This document shows, piece after piece, positions 14,338-27,279 of a stretch of DNA of 64,000 nt. The position numbers and the translations under genes were made by a program. The notes under the pieces are model-generated. The model ran no database searches and had not been told where the DNA came from. It was given only the letters and a program-made list of their open reading frames with translations. The number at the start of each line of letters is the position of its first letter. Position 1 is the stretch's first letter. Source of the stretch: Octopus vulgaris (Eukaryota); assembly GCA_951406725.2 (NCBI GenBank), contig OX597829.1, positions 2,790,001 to 2,854,000 of the forward strand, written 5' to 3'.

Positions 14338-14705
14338 TCTCTCTCTGTATAAATGGCAAAATGTCTGTCTGTGTGTGTGTCCTTTATACAAATCCACAAT
14401 TTTTCAGTTAGAGGGCTCACACTTTCTATGGTCATTCAAAACCGTCCAAGGGTGGTCGTGCACATCTTTACATTTCCCCAGTCACCCCGCAAAGCCATTA
14501 AAAAATCAATAGAAGTGACTTTTTTGCGAATTTTCTATCCAAAACCCAATCAAAATGCCCGAAACTTGATACGCCAATTGAATGCCAACTAGCTGTATGT
14601 GATTGGTCGGAGATTTGGACAGTACTCGCATGTATGTGTTCACGTACGCAGCTGTATATGCATGAACTAGCTCTATGACCCGGCGTTGCCGGGTCATAGT
14701 GCTAG
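14338..14705 (+). mobile_element. Non-autonomous Helitron (368 bp)
   Basis: 5' TC after A, 3' hairpin ctatgacccggc-gtt-gccgggtcatag (14673-14699), terminal CTAG followed by T, and no TSD. Confidence 0.85.
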
Positions 14706-14834
14706 TTAAACAATAAAATCGACTTGCTTTTCCTCAATACTTTATAATACTGATGATTATGCAGCAATATACATACATGTGATCAGAACTTCTAAGAAAG
14801 ACAAAGTACTGAAACTTCAATTGGTAATAATAAT

Positions 14835-15052
14835 ATTTGTTTCTTTATTACCCACAAGGGGCTAAACATAGAGGGGACAAACAAGGACAGACAAAGGATT
14901 AAGTCGATTAAATCGACCCCAGTGCGTAACTGGTACTTAATTTATCGACCCCGAAAGGATGAAAGGCAAAGTCGACCTCGGCGGAATTTGAACTCAGAAC
15001 GTAACGGCAGACGAAATACGGCTACGCATTTCGCCCGGCGTGCTAACGATTC
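14835..15052 (-). mobile_element. tRNA-derived SINE, family B (Meta-domain-like core)
   Basis: Reverse complement contains gaggtcgactttgcctttcatcctttcggggtcgataaattaagtaccag and B-box gagttcaaattcc. Confidence 0.88.
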
Positions 15053-15239
15053 TGGTAATAATAATATTATGAAAATAAACAGTATTTGATCAACATGCTG
15101 AGGCCTGGAGCAGAACTAGGAATCGTTGCACTTTCAATCTAACGATTCCTCAACTGAGCTACATCAATTTTACATAAATGATCTCATTATTTGAAGAAAT
15201 ATAGAAAATCCTGGTTTGCCAGGATTGTTACTGTGCTGG

Positions 15240-15380
15240 TTAAAATGCTTAGCAGCATTTCTTCCGGTTTTATGCCCTGATTCCGCCGATGTCGACTTTG
15301 CATTTCATCCCTTACGCGGTAACAGAATAATTACAGCGGAAAACTGGAGTCGGTGTAATCGACTAGCTCCCTTCCCGTAG
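15240..15380 (+). mobile_element. SINE family B, diverged
   Basis: ccgccgatgtcgactttgcatttcatcc core. Confidence 0.65.
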
Positions 15381-15393
15381 ATAATCCCTAGTA

Positions 15394-15447
<54 letters not shown>

Positions 15448-16429
15448 CCCTGATAGTAAAGACTAGCAGAAGACGGTGAAATCACGGACGTATTTAGAGT
15501 ATTGAACTCGCGATCATAAAAGTCACGTATTCCCGCTGCGCTTCATTTGACGCTGCTCCAGTCCACTCTGTCGTAAACTGGCATGAGTCCAGTGCTGCTG
15601 CAAGCTATTACATCCTGATGTTCCACTAGTTCAAGAGTGAAGGACTATATAGGCCAACTAAACCAATTAGAGAAGTGTGATGCATGTTACCAAATCAACC
15701 TCGCTTGCAAATGACTTTCAACGACATATATTAGAAAACAGCGGAGAGGGGTCGCTGTTTCTGCAAGAAAGAATAAAAGGGGAACGAATATCCAGCTCTA
15801 GATGAACATTGTATTACATAAAATATCTATGCAAAGCAAAAATTATTTACGAATTGACAGATTCATTCTTTTTTTTGCTTTTGCTCGATGATCCAAATAC
15901 ATACACAAAATTTGAGATGAACAAAACGTGTTGCCTGATATAATGAGTCTATTGCAATTTTGTGCAAGCTGTTATCGACTAAAATTTCACCAACGCTTTG
16001 TTGACAATAAATTTTCTAATTGTACGTAATAATTATACACGTCTAAGGGATAGTCATCGTGTGTGTGTGTGTGTGTCTGTCTGTGTATCTGTGTGTGTGT
16101 GTCTGTCTGTGTAAAGGCAATGCACTGGTCTAGACTGCTGACTGATAGCTAAACTGCAAAGGGCTGCAACAAATGCCATAGGATATATTTATCCAACTCT
16201 CTAATAACTCTCCCACTGGTATTGATTCTTCCTCATTCGTTTCATTCGTGATTTCAATAAAACGATGAAATTCTATCCATTGAATATAGCGAAATGGCTG
16301 ATTACTCCTTTGTCGACTCAGGAAGAACAGAGGGCAAAGGCAGCTGCATCGAATTTGAATTCAAAGCACAAACTCATAAAGGAAACTCGTTCAGTATTCT
16401 ACCGATTATGCTATATTACCGGCATTTAT

Positions 16430-19400
16430 TGTTAAGAGCAGCTCATGCCAACAAAGTGACACTGGGGTACAAATATGCTGCAAATAGAGACCAAACCCAA
16501 ATTGAAGGCCCTAAAATATGACAGTAAAAAACTAAATCCGACACTACCCCAATTAAATAACAAATCAACGCTAGCATCAACACCTTCATCACAAGAAAAC
16601 CCATTTTTACAAACACATTTACAACCACAAAAAACACAAAAACAAAAAGAAACACCCGAAAAACAAAATGACCAACAGTCACACTCTCGGGTACGTACTT
16701 CCTTCATCAACTTCTCTGTTGTTCAGAAGAGCAATATTGAGGAAGTAATAAACTGCTAAAAACATTACAAGTGGAGAAGGATTTTGCGGAACTCCTCCCG
16801 AAAATTCTATAGGACAGGATGTTAATCCAAACGGATACGTATACGTATCTGGATTTGAAACAAAAATTCCACCTGGGTATTGGTGAGTTTAATAAGTACC
16901 CCACACACACACTAAAAAAGACCTTTCTAGAGAAACCCTTTGCCACTCCCCCTGCCCCTTCAACAAAAAATAAGATTGTGTCAACAGTTATCTCTGAAGA
17001 CCTAAATGGCTACGTTAAAGTAGGCTGTGTAAATGCTCGGGTCCTGGATTCGGTTTGGAATCAGGGTCAGCTGCTCAACGATCTCAGCAATTGTAAGAGT
17101 AATTAGTGAGATAAAAATTTACAGGAAGCATGATCTAGTATCCATTTTCGAAGACTACGAGACATTCTTAGCTTATGGTTTGTCGGGAGCGGGCAGCAGT
17201 GTAGCAGTTTTATTCCGAAAATCCTTAGGTCTTGAACCCGGACGGCGGTCCTAGATGTGAATGGCAGTAAAGATGGTACCTTTAGATTGGTATGCCCAGA
17301 CAGGGGCTGGAAGGTCAGATTTCTTTAGGCGTCTGCTGTCTGACAGGTATCGACTGGATTTCCCTGATGTACCAGTGTAGACGTGGAGGAATAACAACGG
17401 GTCATCCAGATCGTATTTAGATAGAGTAATTGTTAGATCAGCAGATAGGGATAGCATAGGGTGTCCACAATTCAAATCGGTCGGCTACACAGACCACAAA
17501 TTTGTGATATCTACAGTCGATTTCGATAGGGCTCGTAGACAGATACCCGGTTACGGGAAGTTGATTGCGCCCTTTCCGGCGCGCAAAGACTACAGGGACC
17601 GGATTAGCGAACTACTTAAGCGGCAGTTGATAGGGACAATAGTCAACAACCGATAGCAGATAGCCCGGAAAAGGGCGATTAGACCAGAATTGATAACGTT
17701 TATCAAAAAGTTAGCAATAGAAAGAAATAGATTAGAGAGAGAACTAGTTATCAAACTAGAAGAGATGATTAATAAAGGTATCGTGAGTGACGTGTTAGCG
17801 GCGAGAATAGCTCTTGGCCATTTCTTTTAGGCCAAACACGAAGGATGCATTGTCAGAGCTAAGGACCGTGTGCTAAAAGATGAGGGAACTAATGCCGTCT
17901 GATGGGCCCGAGCGGTATAGGTGCGACGTGGCACCTAAACCACGATCGGGTCTTTGACGGATCAGGATGGGTGTGTGCTACATGGTTCTGAGCAGATGAG
18001 TACAACTTTTCAGCAGCATTTCGCAAAACTGTTTGGGGAGGAAGATGGGTTAACGATTGGACACTGAAATACGAGAGGTGATGAGCGATTGCACAAGTCG
18101 CAAATCGTCAGGTTTGGATGGTCTTCCCTATGAATTCTATGTATTCATGCCAGATTGGTGTGGCGATCGTTTGCCAGACGTCTACCGCAGCAAGTAACAG
18201 GACGAGAGAAATCCTAGTGCTGTTAGTTGAGGTGTGGTAACGCTTCTGAAGAAGGACGTCGACGGTGAGGCCTTACTAAAGAATTTTCAGCCCATAACTC
18301 TACTAAACACAGAGTTTAAGATTTTGGCCAAGGTGTTAGCTAAAAGATTGACGCTTCTCGTTGGTAGTTTAATAGGGGAAACACAACCATGCGCAATCCC
18401 GAACAGGTCTATCTACAACCTCCATTTTATGTGATACATCATAGAGAGGGCTGTGACTAAAGCTGGCTTCGGTGGAGCCCTGATCAACTTAGATCAATCA
18501 AAAACATTCGATAGGGTCGACTATCACTGTTAGGAAGCCATCCTTGAAGCGGCCAAAGAGAAAGAAGCTACTTGTCTTCACGTCTGTCAGATTCGTTCGC
18601 TGCACAAACGTTTTCGCCAAATCAACCAGAAGGATGAAAATTGTCAATTCTTTACACAGGACGATCTTCCACAAGATTGTAGCTGATCGACGTAATTCCA
18701 CAACTCAGTATTGCTCAGGCATTGGATGAATGTGTGCGGAGCAGTTTCGCTCTTCTGCGCTCATCTCGGTTAGATTCTCCTGACTGCTCCCATGATTAAA
18801 AAGTTTACCTTGAAGCAACATTTGGATTACTAACTCTACCCTTACTCGAATGGTTTTCTGGTGATTAGTTAATCTTCGTCATCGGGTAAGACAGATGCTA
18901 CTGCCCACCAGGTATTTATTTCTAGTGGAACATCCATCACCCTCACCTTTGGAACTTCTTTATACGGTAGGCTGAGGACGAACTCTGCATTTTTATTCGG
19001 GGCTATGAAGTCTTTCGTCGCATCGAATCCAGACCCATATCAAAGAGCGAATGTGCCAAATTAATTGTTTCGAATGATATTAGTTTCCTTTTATTTGTTT
19101 TCTGTCAAACCCCAGACACATTTGAAGTTTCCGTTGGAAAGGATAATGAGGATAGGGATGGAAGTGCTACCCGACCCGCCAGCAAATTTATTGAAAGGTG
19201 AATGAGAATAGCAAACATGAGTGAACGAGTCTCCAGAATGCAGACCGGAGAAGGAACAACTGGGAAAGAGCAGCCGCTTTATTGATCAGTGTAATTGTGG
19301 TTTTGTATGGTTTCAACGAGGTCTTCAAGCCTTTCTGCCTTTGAAACAATTTCTTAGATTTTCAGTTTAGATTTTGGGGTTCAAATCCCGCCGAGGTTGA

Positions 19401-19540
19401 CTTTGCCTTTCATCCTTTCGGAGTTGATTTCGTTTATGTTATGTCCCTTTTCAACATGTATTTTACGTGACCCCACACTGTGTCATTTTGTACTGTCCTC
19501 GACCTTTGTCACCCTTTCGTGTTAATAAAGAAAGCATCAT
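16430..19540 (+). pseudogene. Decayed L1/Tx1-clade LINE (APE endonuclease + RT, 3' UTR with AATAAA), with a foreign or inverted internal block
   Basis: VKVGCVNARVL (APE start), TDHK, KSSGLDGLPYEFY, NFQPITLLNTEFKILAKVLAKRL, DQSKTFDRVD, and aataaa at ~19524. Confidence 0.8.
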
Positions 19541-19559
19541 CATTATTATAATTATTATT

Positions 19560-19980
19560 AAGGCAACAAGCTGGCAGAATCGTTAGTATAATGAACCAAA
19601 TGTTTAGAGGTATTTTACCTGTCGCTATCCTGCAGAGGTTGACTTTGCCTTTCATCCTTTCAGAGCCGATGAATTAAGTACCAGTGAAATACTAGGGTCA
19701 ATCTAATCGACTAGCCCCCTCCCCGAAAATTTCAGACCTTGTGCCAATAGTAGAAAGGATTTTTATTTTTGTATGATTATTATTAATCTTATTATTACTA
19801 TTACCATTATCAATTTCTGCCTCTGGCAAAAACGTTGGCTTCTTAGATTAAATGCTTCATGGCATTTCTTCCGAATTGTGAATTAAAATACTCTTGAGGT
19901 CGACTTCGCCTTTCCTTCTTTCAGGGTTAGTAAAATAAGTACTAGTTGAGCACTAGGAATCATGTTATCGACTAGTCCCC
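19560..19980 (+). mobile_element. Two tandem SINE family B copies
   Basis: gaggttgactttgcctttcatcc (19635) and gaggtcgacttcgcctttcc (19896) cores, with AT-rich tails. Confidence 0.82.
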
Positions 19981-19989
19981 TCTAGGACA

Positions 19990-20285
19990 CTCTAAATAAC
20001 TCCCACATACCTATGGGGTCTTGCAACTCTGTCCAGGTTAAAGGCCTCGTAGGGATATACATTTAACATTGCCTACCTACGTACACGATAATTTCCCCCA
20101 AAATTTGGACAGTTTTTATAAACACGGCACTTCCGTTTTCATCCATGGATGTGTACCAGTGGTGATTTTGAAAGATTTAGAAAAATAATTAGAAAATTAT
20201 TTAAGAATATAGTTCTAAGCGTCACATAATCTTAAAACAGCTGACTTTTTAGGTGTTACTTTAGAAATAAATAACGACTATTTCC
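19990..20285 (+). pseudogene. Penelope-like element RT fragment
   Basis: PMGSCNSVQVKGLVGIYI ... FERFRKIIRKLFK ... TADFLGVTL, resembling the PLE RT MGS/ELVG and FLDVTL motifs. Confidence 0.65.
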
Positions 20286-20286
20286 A

Positions 20287-20396
20287 CTCGAATCCCGGAC
20301 CGGGTTGTGTGTTGTGTTTTTGAGGCAAGACATTTTATTTCACGTTGCTCCAGTTCACTCGGCTGTAGAAGTGAGTTTCGACGTCACAGGTGCCAA
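20287..20396 (+). mobile_element. Head/body of a tRNA-derived CORE-like SINE (family C) that hosts the array
   Basis: B-box-like tcgaatccc, then gcaagacattttatttcacgttgctccag. A related copy lies on the minus strand at ~31930-32175. Confidence 0.72.
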
Positions 20397-23300
20397 GCTG
20401 TATCGGCCCCTTTGACTTTCCTTTGAATAACACTGGTGGTGTGGAGAGGGGAGGGCGGAATGCATGGACGACTGCTGGTCTTCTATAAACAACCTTGCCC
20501 GGATTTGTGCCTGGGAGGGTAACTTTCTAGGTGCAATCCCATGGTCATTCATGCTGTATCGGCCCCTTTGCCTTTCCTTTGAATAACACTGGTGGCGTGA
20601 AGCGGGGAGGCCGGTATGCATGGGCGACTGCTGGTCCTCCATAAACAACCTTGCCCGGATTTGTGCCTGGGAGGGTAACTTTCTAGGTGCAATCCCACGG
20701 TCATTCATGCTTTGCCTTTCCTTTGAATAACACTGGTGGCGGGAAGCGGGGAGGCCGGTATGCATGGGCGACCGCTGGTCTTCCATAAACAACCTTGCCC
20801 GGATTTGTGCCTGGGAGGGTAACTTTCTAGGTGCAATCCTACGGTCATTCATGCTGTATCGGCCCCTTTGCCTTTCCCTTGGATAACACTGGTGGCGTGA
20901 AGCGGGGAGGCCGGTATGCATGGGCGACTGCTGGTCTTCCATAAACAACCTTGCCCTGATTTGTGCCTGGGACGGTAACTTTCTAGGTGCAATCCCACGG
21001 TCATTCATGCTGTATCGGCACCTTTGCCTTTCCCTTGGATAACACTGGTGGCGTGAAGCGGGGAGGCCGGTATACATGGGCGACTGCTGGTCTTCCATAA
21101 ACAACCTTGCCCGGATTTGTGCCTGGGAGGGTAACTTTCTAGGTGCAATCCCACGGTCATTCATGCTGTATCGGCCCCTTTGCCTTTCCCTTGGATAACA
21201 CTGGTGGCGTGAAGCGGGGAGGCCGGTATGCATGGGCGACTGCTGGTCTTCCATAAACAACCTTGCCCGGATTTGTGCCTGGGAGGGTAACTTTCTAGGT
21301 GCAATCCCATGGTCATTCATGCTGTATCGGCCCCTTTGCCTTTCCCTTGGATAACACTGGTGGCGTGAAGCGGAGAGGCCGGTATGCATGGGCGACTGCT
21401 GGTCTTCCATAAACAATCTTGCCCGGATTTGTGCCTGGGAGGGTAACTTTCTAGGTGCAATCCCATGGTCATTCATGCTGTATCGGCCCCTTTGCCTTTC
21501 CCTTGGATAACACTGGTGGCGTGAAGCGGAGAGGCCGGTATGCATGGGCGACTGCTGGTCTTCCATAAACAATCTTGCCCGGATGTGTGCCTGGGAGGGT
21601 AACTTTCTAGGTGCAATCCCATGGTCATTCATGCTGTATCGGCCCCTTTGCCTTTCCCTTGGATAACACTGGTGGCGTGAAGCGGGGAGGCCGGTATGCA
21701 GGGGCGACTGCTGGTCTTCCATAAACAACCTTGCCCGGATTTGTGCCTGGGAGGGTAACTTTCTAGGTGCAATCCCACGGTCATTCATGCTGTATCGGCC
21801 CCTTTGCCTTTCCCTTGGATAACACTGGTGGCGTGAAGCGGGGAGGCCGGTATGCATGGGCGACTGCTGGTCCTCCATAAACAACCTTGCCCGGATTTGT
21901 GCCTGGGAGGGTAACTTTCTAGGTGCAATCCCACGGTCATTCATGCTGTATCGGCCCCTTTGCCTTTCCTTTGAATAACACTGGAGGTGTGGAGAGGGGA
22001 GGGCGGTATGCATGGAAGACAGCTGGTCTTCCATAAACAACCTTGCCCGGATTTGTGCCTGGGAGGGTAACTTTCTAGGTGCAATCCCATGGTCATTCAT
22101 GCTGTATCGGCCCCTTTGCCTTTCCCTTGGATAACACTGGTGGCGTGAAGCGGGGAGGCCGGTATGCAGGGGCGACTGCTGGTCTTCCATAAACAACCTT
22201 GCCCGGATTTGTGCCTGGGAGGGTAACTTTCTAGGTGCAATCCCACGGTCATTCATGCTGTATCGGCCCCTTTGCCTTTCCCTTCGATAACACTGGTGGC
22301 GTGAAGCGGGGAGGCCGGTATGCATGGAAGACTGCTGGTCTTCCATAAACAACGTTGCCCGGATTTGTGTCTGGGAGGGTAACTTTCTAGGTGCAATCCC
22401 ACGGTCATTCATGCTGTATCGGCCCCTTTGCCTTTCCCTTGGATAACACTGGTGGCGTGAAGCGGGGAGGCCGGTATGCATGGGCGACTGCTGGTCTTCC
22501 ATAAACAACCTTGCCCTGATTTGTGCCTGGGAGGGTAACTTTCTAGGTGCAATCCCACGGTCATTCATGCTGTATCGGCCCCTTTGCCTTTCCCTTGGAT
22601 AACACTGGTGGCGTGAAGTGGAGAGGCCGGTATGCATGGGCGACTGCTGGTCTTCCATAAACAACCTTGCCCGTATTTGTGCCTGGGAGGGTAACTTTCT
22701 AGGTGCAATCCTACGGTCATTCATGCTGTATCGGCCCTTTGCCTTTCCCTTGGATAACACTGGTGGCGTGAAGCGGGGAGGCCGGAATGCATGGAAGACT
22801 GCTGGTCTTCCATAAACAACCTTGCCCGGATTTGTGCCTGGGAGGGTAACTTTCTAGGTGCAATCCCACGGTCATTCATGCTGTATCGGCCCCTTTGCCT
22901 TTCCCTTGGATAACACTGGTGGCGTGAAGCAGGGAGGCCGGTGTGCAGGGGCAACTGCTGGTCTTCCATAAACAACCTTGCCCGGATTTGTGCCTGGGAG
23001 GGTAACTTTCTAGGTGCAATCCCACGGTCATTTATGCTGTATCGGCCCCTTTGCCTTTCCCTTGGATAACACTGGTGGCGTGAAGCGGGGAGGCCGGTAT
23101 GCATGGAAGACTGCTGGTCTTCCATAAACAACGTTGCCCGGATTTGTGTCTGGGAGGGTAACTTTCTAGGTGCAATCCCACGGTCATTCATGCTGTATCG
23201 GCCCCTTTGCCTTTCCCTTGGATAACACTGGTGGCGTGAAGCGGGGAGGCCGGTATGCATGGGCTACTGCTGGTCTTCCATAAACAACCTTGGCCAGGCT

Positions 23301-26300
23301 TCTGCCTGAGAGGATTACTTTCTAGGTGCAATCCCATGGTCATTCATGCTGTATCGCCCCTTTGCCTTTCCCTTGGATAACACTGGTGGCGTGAAGCGGG
23401 GAGGCCGGTATGCATGGGCGACTGCTGGTCTTCCATAAACAACCTTGCCCGGATTTGTGCCTGGGAGGGTAACTTTCTAGGTGCAATCCTACGGTCATTC
23501 ATGCTGTATTGCCCCTTTGCCTTTCCCTTGGATAACACTGGTGGCGTGAAGCGGGGAGGCCGGTATGCATGGGCGACTGCTGGTCTTCCATAAACAACCT
23601 TGCCCGGATTTGTGCCTGGGAGGGTAACTTTCTAGGTGCAATCCCATGGTCATTCATGCTGTATCGGCCCCTTTGCCTTTCCCTTGGATAACACTGGTGG
23701 CGTGAAGCGGGGAGGCCGGTATGCATGGGCGACTGCTGGTCTTCCATAAACAATCTTGCCCGGATTTGTGCCTGGGAGGGTAACTTTCTAGGTGCAATCC
23801 CACGGTCATTCATGCTGTATCGGCCCCTTTGCCTTTCCCTTGGATAACACTGGTGGCGTGAAGCGGGGAGGCCGGTATGCATGGGCGACTGCTGGTCTTC
23901 CATAAACAACCTTGCCCGGATTTGTGCCTGGGAGGGTAACTTTCTAGGTGCAATCCTAGGTCATTCATGCTGTATCGGCCCCTTTGCCTTTCCCTTGGAT
24001 AACACTGGTGGCGTGAAGCGGGAGGCCGGTATGCATGGGCGACTGCTGGTCTTCCATAAACAACCTTGCCCGGATTTGTGCCTGGGAGGGTAACTTTCTA
24101 GGTGCAATCCTATGGTCATTCATGCTGTATCGGCCCCTTTGCCTTTCCCTTGGATAACACTGGTGGCGTGAAGTGGGGAGGCCGGTATGCATGGGCGACT
24201 GCTGGTCTTCCATAAACAACCTTGCCCGGATTTGTGCCTGGGAGGGTAACTTTCTAGGTGCAATCCAGGGTCATTCATGCTGTATCGGCCCCTTTGCCTT
24301 TCCCTTGGATAACACTGGTGGCGTGAAGCGGGGAGGCCGGTATGCATGGGCGACTGCTGGTCTTCCATAAACAACCTTGCCCGGATTTGTGCCTGGGAGG
24401 GTAACTTTCTAGGTGCAATCCCATGGTCATTCATGCTGTATCGGCCCCTTGCCTTTCCCTTGGATAACACTGGTGGCGTGAAGCGGGGAGGCCGGTATGC
24501 ATGGGCGACTGCTGGTCTTCCATAAACAACCTTGCCCGGATTTGTGCCTGGGAGGGTAATTTTCTAGGTGCAATCCTAGGGTCATTCATGCTGTATCGGC
24601 ACCTTTGCCTTTCCCTTGGATTAACACTGGTGGCGTGAAGCGGGGAGGCCGGTATGCATGGGCGACTGCTGGTCTTCCATAAACAACCTTGCCCGGATTT
24701 GTGCCTGGGAGGGTAATTTTCTAGGTGCAATCCTAGGGTCATTCATGCTGTATCGCCCCTTTGCCTTTCCCTTGGATAACACTGGTGGCGTGAAGCGGGG
24801 AGGCCGGTATGCATGGGCGACTGCTGGTCTTCCATAAACAACCTTGCCCGGATTTGTGTCTGGGAGGGTAACTTTCTAGGTGCAATCCTAGGGTCATTCA
24901 TGCTGTATCGGCCCCTTTGCCTTTCCCTTAGATAACACTGGTGACGTGAAGCGGGGAGGCCGGTATGCATGGGCGACTGCTGGTCTTCCATAAACAACCT
25001 TGCCCTGATTTGTGCCTGGGAGGGTAACTTTCTAGGTGCAATCCCACGGTCATTCATGCTGTATCGGCCCCCTTGCCTTTCCCTTGGATAACACTGGTGG
25101 CGTGAAGCGGGGAGGCCGGTATGCATGGGTGACTGCTGGTCTTCAATAAACAACGTTGCCCGGATTTGTGCCTGGGAGGGTAACTTTCTAGGTGCAATCC
25201 TAGGGTCATTCATGCTGTATCGGCCCCTTTGCCTTTCCCTTAGATAACACTGGTGACGTGAAGTGGGGAGGCCGGTATGCATGAGCGACTGCTGGTCTTC
25301 CATAAACAACCTTGCCCGGATTTGTGCCTGGGAGGGTAACTTTCTAGGTGCAATCCCACGGTCATTCATGCTGTATCGGCCCCTTTGCCTTTCCCTTGGA
25401 TAACACTGGTGGCGTGAAGCGGGGAGGCCGGTATGCATGGGAAGACTGCTGGTCTTCCATAAACAACCTTGCCCGGATTTGTGCCTGGGAGGGTAACTTT
25501 CTAGGTGCAATCCCACGGTCATTCATGCTGTATCGGCCCCTTTGCCTTTCCCTTGGATAACACTGGTGGCGTGAAGCGGGGAGGCCGGTATGCATGGGCG
25601 ACTGCTGGTCTTCCATAAACAACCTTGCCCGGATTTGTGCCTGGGAGGGTAACTTTCTAGGTGCAATCCCACGGTCATTCATGCTGTATCGGCCCCTTTG
25701 CCTTTCCCTTGATAACACTGGTGGCGTGAAGCGGGGAGGCCGGTATGCATGGGCGACTGCTGGTCTTCCATAAACAACCTTGCCCGGATTTGTGCCTGGG
25801 AGGGTAACTTTCTAGGTGCAATCCCACGGTCATTCATGCTGTATCGGCCCCTTTGCCTTTCCCTTGGATAACACTGGTGGCGGGAAGCGGGGAGGCCGGT
25901 ATGCATGGGCGACTGCTGGTCTTCCATAAACAACCTTGCCCGGATTTGTGCCTGGGAGGGTAACTTTCTAGGTGCAATCCCACGGTCATTCATGCTGTAT
26001 CGACCCCTTTGCCTTTCCCTTGGATAACACTGGTGGCGGGAAGCGGGGAGGCCGGTATGCATGGGCGACTGCTGGTCTTCCATAAACAACCTTGCCCGGA
26101 TTTGTGCCTGGGAGGGTAACTTTCTAGGTGCAATCCCACGGTCATTTATGCTGTATCGGCCCCTTTGCCTTTCCCTTGGATAACACTGGTGGCGTGAAGC
26201 GGGGAGGCCGGTATGCATGGGCGACTGCTGGTCTTCCATAAACAACCTTGCCCGGATTTGTGCCTGGGAGGGTAACTTTCTAGGTGCAATCCCACGGTCA

Positions 26301-26929
26301 TTCATGCTGTATCGGCCCCTTTGCCTTTCCCTTCGATAACACTGGTGGCGTGAAGCGGGGAGGCCGGTATGCATGGAAGACTGCTGGTCTTCCATAAACA
26401 ACCTTGCCCGGATTTGTGCCTGGGAGGGTAACTTTCTAGGTGCAATCCCACGGTCATTCATGCTGTATCGGCCCCTTTGCCTTTCCCTTGGATAACACTG
26501 GTGGCGTGAAGCGGGGAGGCCGGTATGCATGGGCGACTGCTGGTCTTCCATAAACAACCTTGCCCGGATTTTGCCTGGGAGGGTAACTTTCTAGGTGCAA
26601 TCCGACGGTCATTCATGCTGTATCGGCCCCTTTACCTTTCCCTTGGATAACACTGGTTGCGTGAAGCGGGGAGGCCGGTATGCATGGGCGACTGCTGGTC
26701 TTCCATAAACAACCTTGCCCGGATTTGTGCCTGGGATGGTAACTTTCTAGGTGCTATCCCATTGTCATTCATGCTGTATCGCCCCTTTGCCTTTCCCTTG
26801 GATAACACTGGTGGCGTGAAGCGGGGAGGCCGGTATGCATGGGCGACTGCTGGTCTTCCATAAACAACCTTGCCCGGATTTGTGCCTGAGAGGGTAACTT
26901 TCTAGGTGCAATCCCATGGTCATTCATGC
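20397..26929. repeat. Tandem array of ~42 x 156-bp GC-rich units (SINE-derived satellite)
   Basis: Unit gctgtatcggcccctttgcc...ggtcattcat is repeated with high identity. 52-aa periodicity in the ORF track. The array exits into the SINE tail cgaaggtggtctc(aatc)n. Confidence 0.97.
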
Positions 26930-27005
26930 CGAAGGTGGTCTCAATCAATCAATCAATTATATGTATTACTTATATGGTTTGTATGCATGTCTCTGCCTAG
27001 TTGCT

Positions 27006-27007
<2 letters not shown>

Positions 27008-27092
<85 letters not shown>
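27008..27092. repeat. (TG)n microsatellite
   Basis: Visible. Confidence 0.97.
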
Positions 27093-27095
<3 letters not shown>

Positions 27096-27279
27096 AATAG
27101 ATATGAATGATTACAGGTGTGCAGTCTTAATTGATATATGCAAGGGTTAGAAAATCTAAAAACCAGTTTCGCAGTGAACCTGTAACTGTCAACCTACATC
27201 GATTTATTGCGAAATATGATATAGGATATGTATAAATACACATGCACACACAGAGGCATGACAGAAGGAAATAGACACC

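Noticed and set aside
20355-22760. 801-aa ORF (and sister ORFs to 26557) of 52-aa repeats as a protein gene
   Set aside because: It arises because a 156-bp (3n) SINE-derived unit lacks stops in one antisense frame. It is frameshifted repeatedly elsewhere in the array and has no unique N- or C-terminal domain or splice context.
20397-26929. CRISPR array or known-ribozyme satellite
   Set aside because: There are no unique spacers or cas genes, and the context is eukaryotic. No CUGANGA/GAAA core on either strand, and twister or HDV folds could not be completed by eye.
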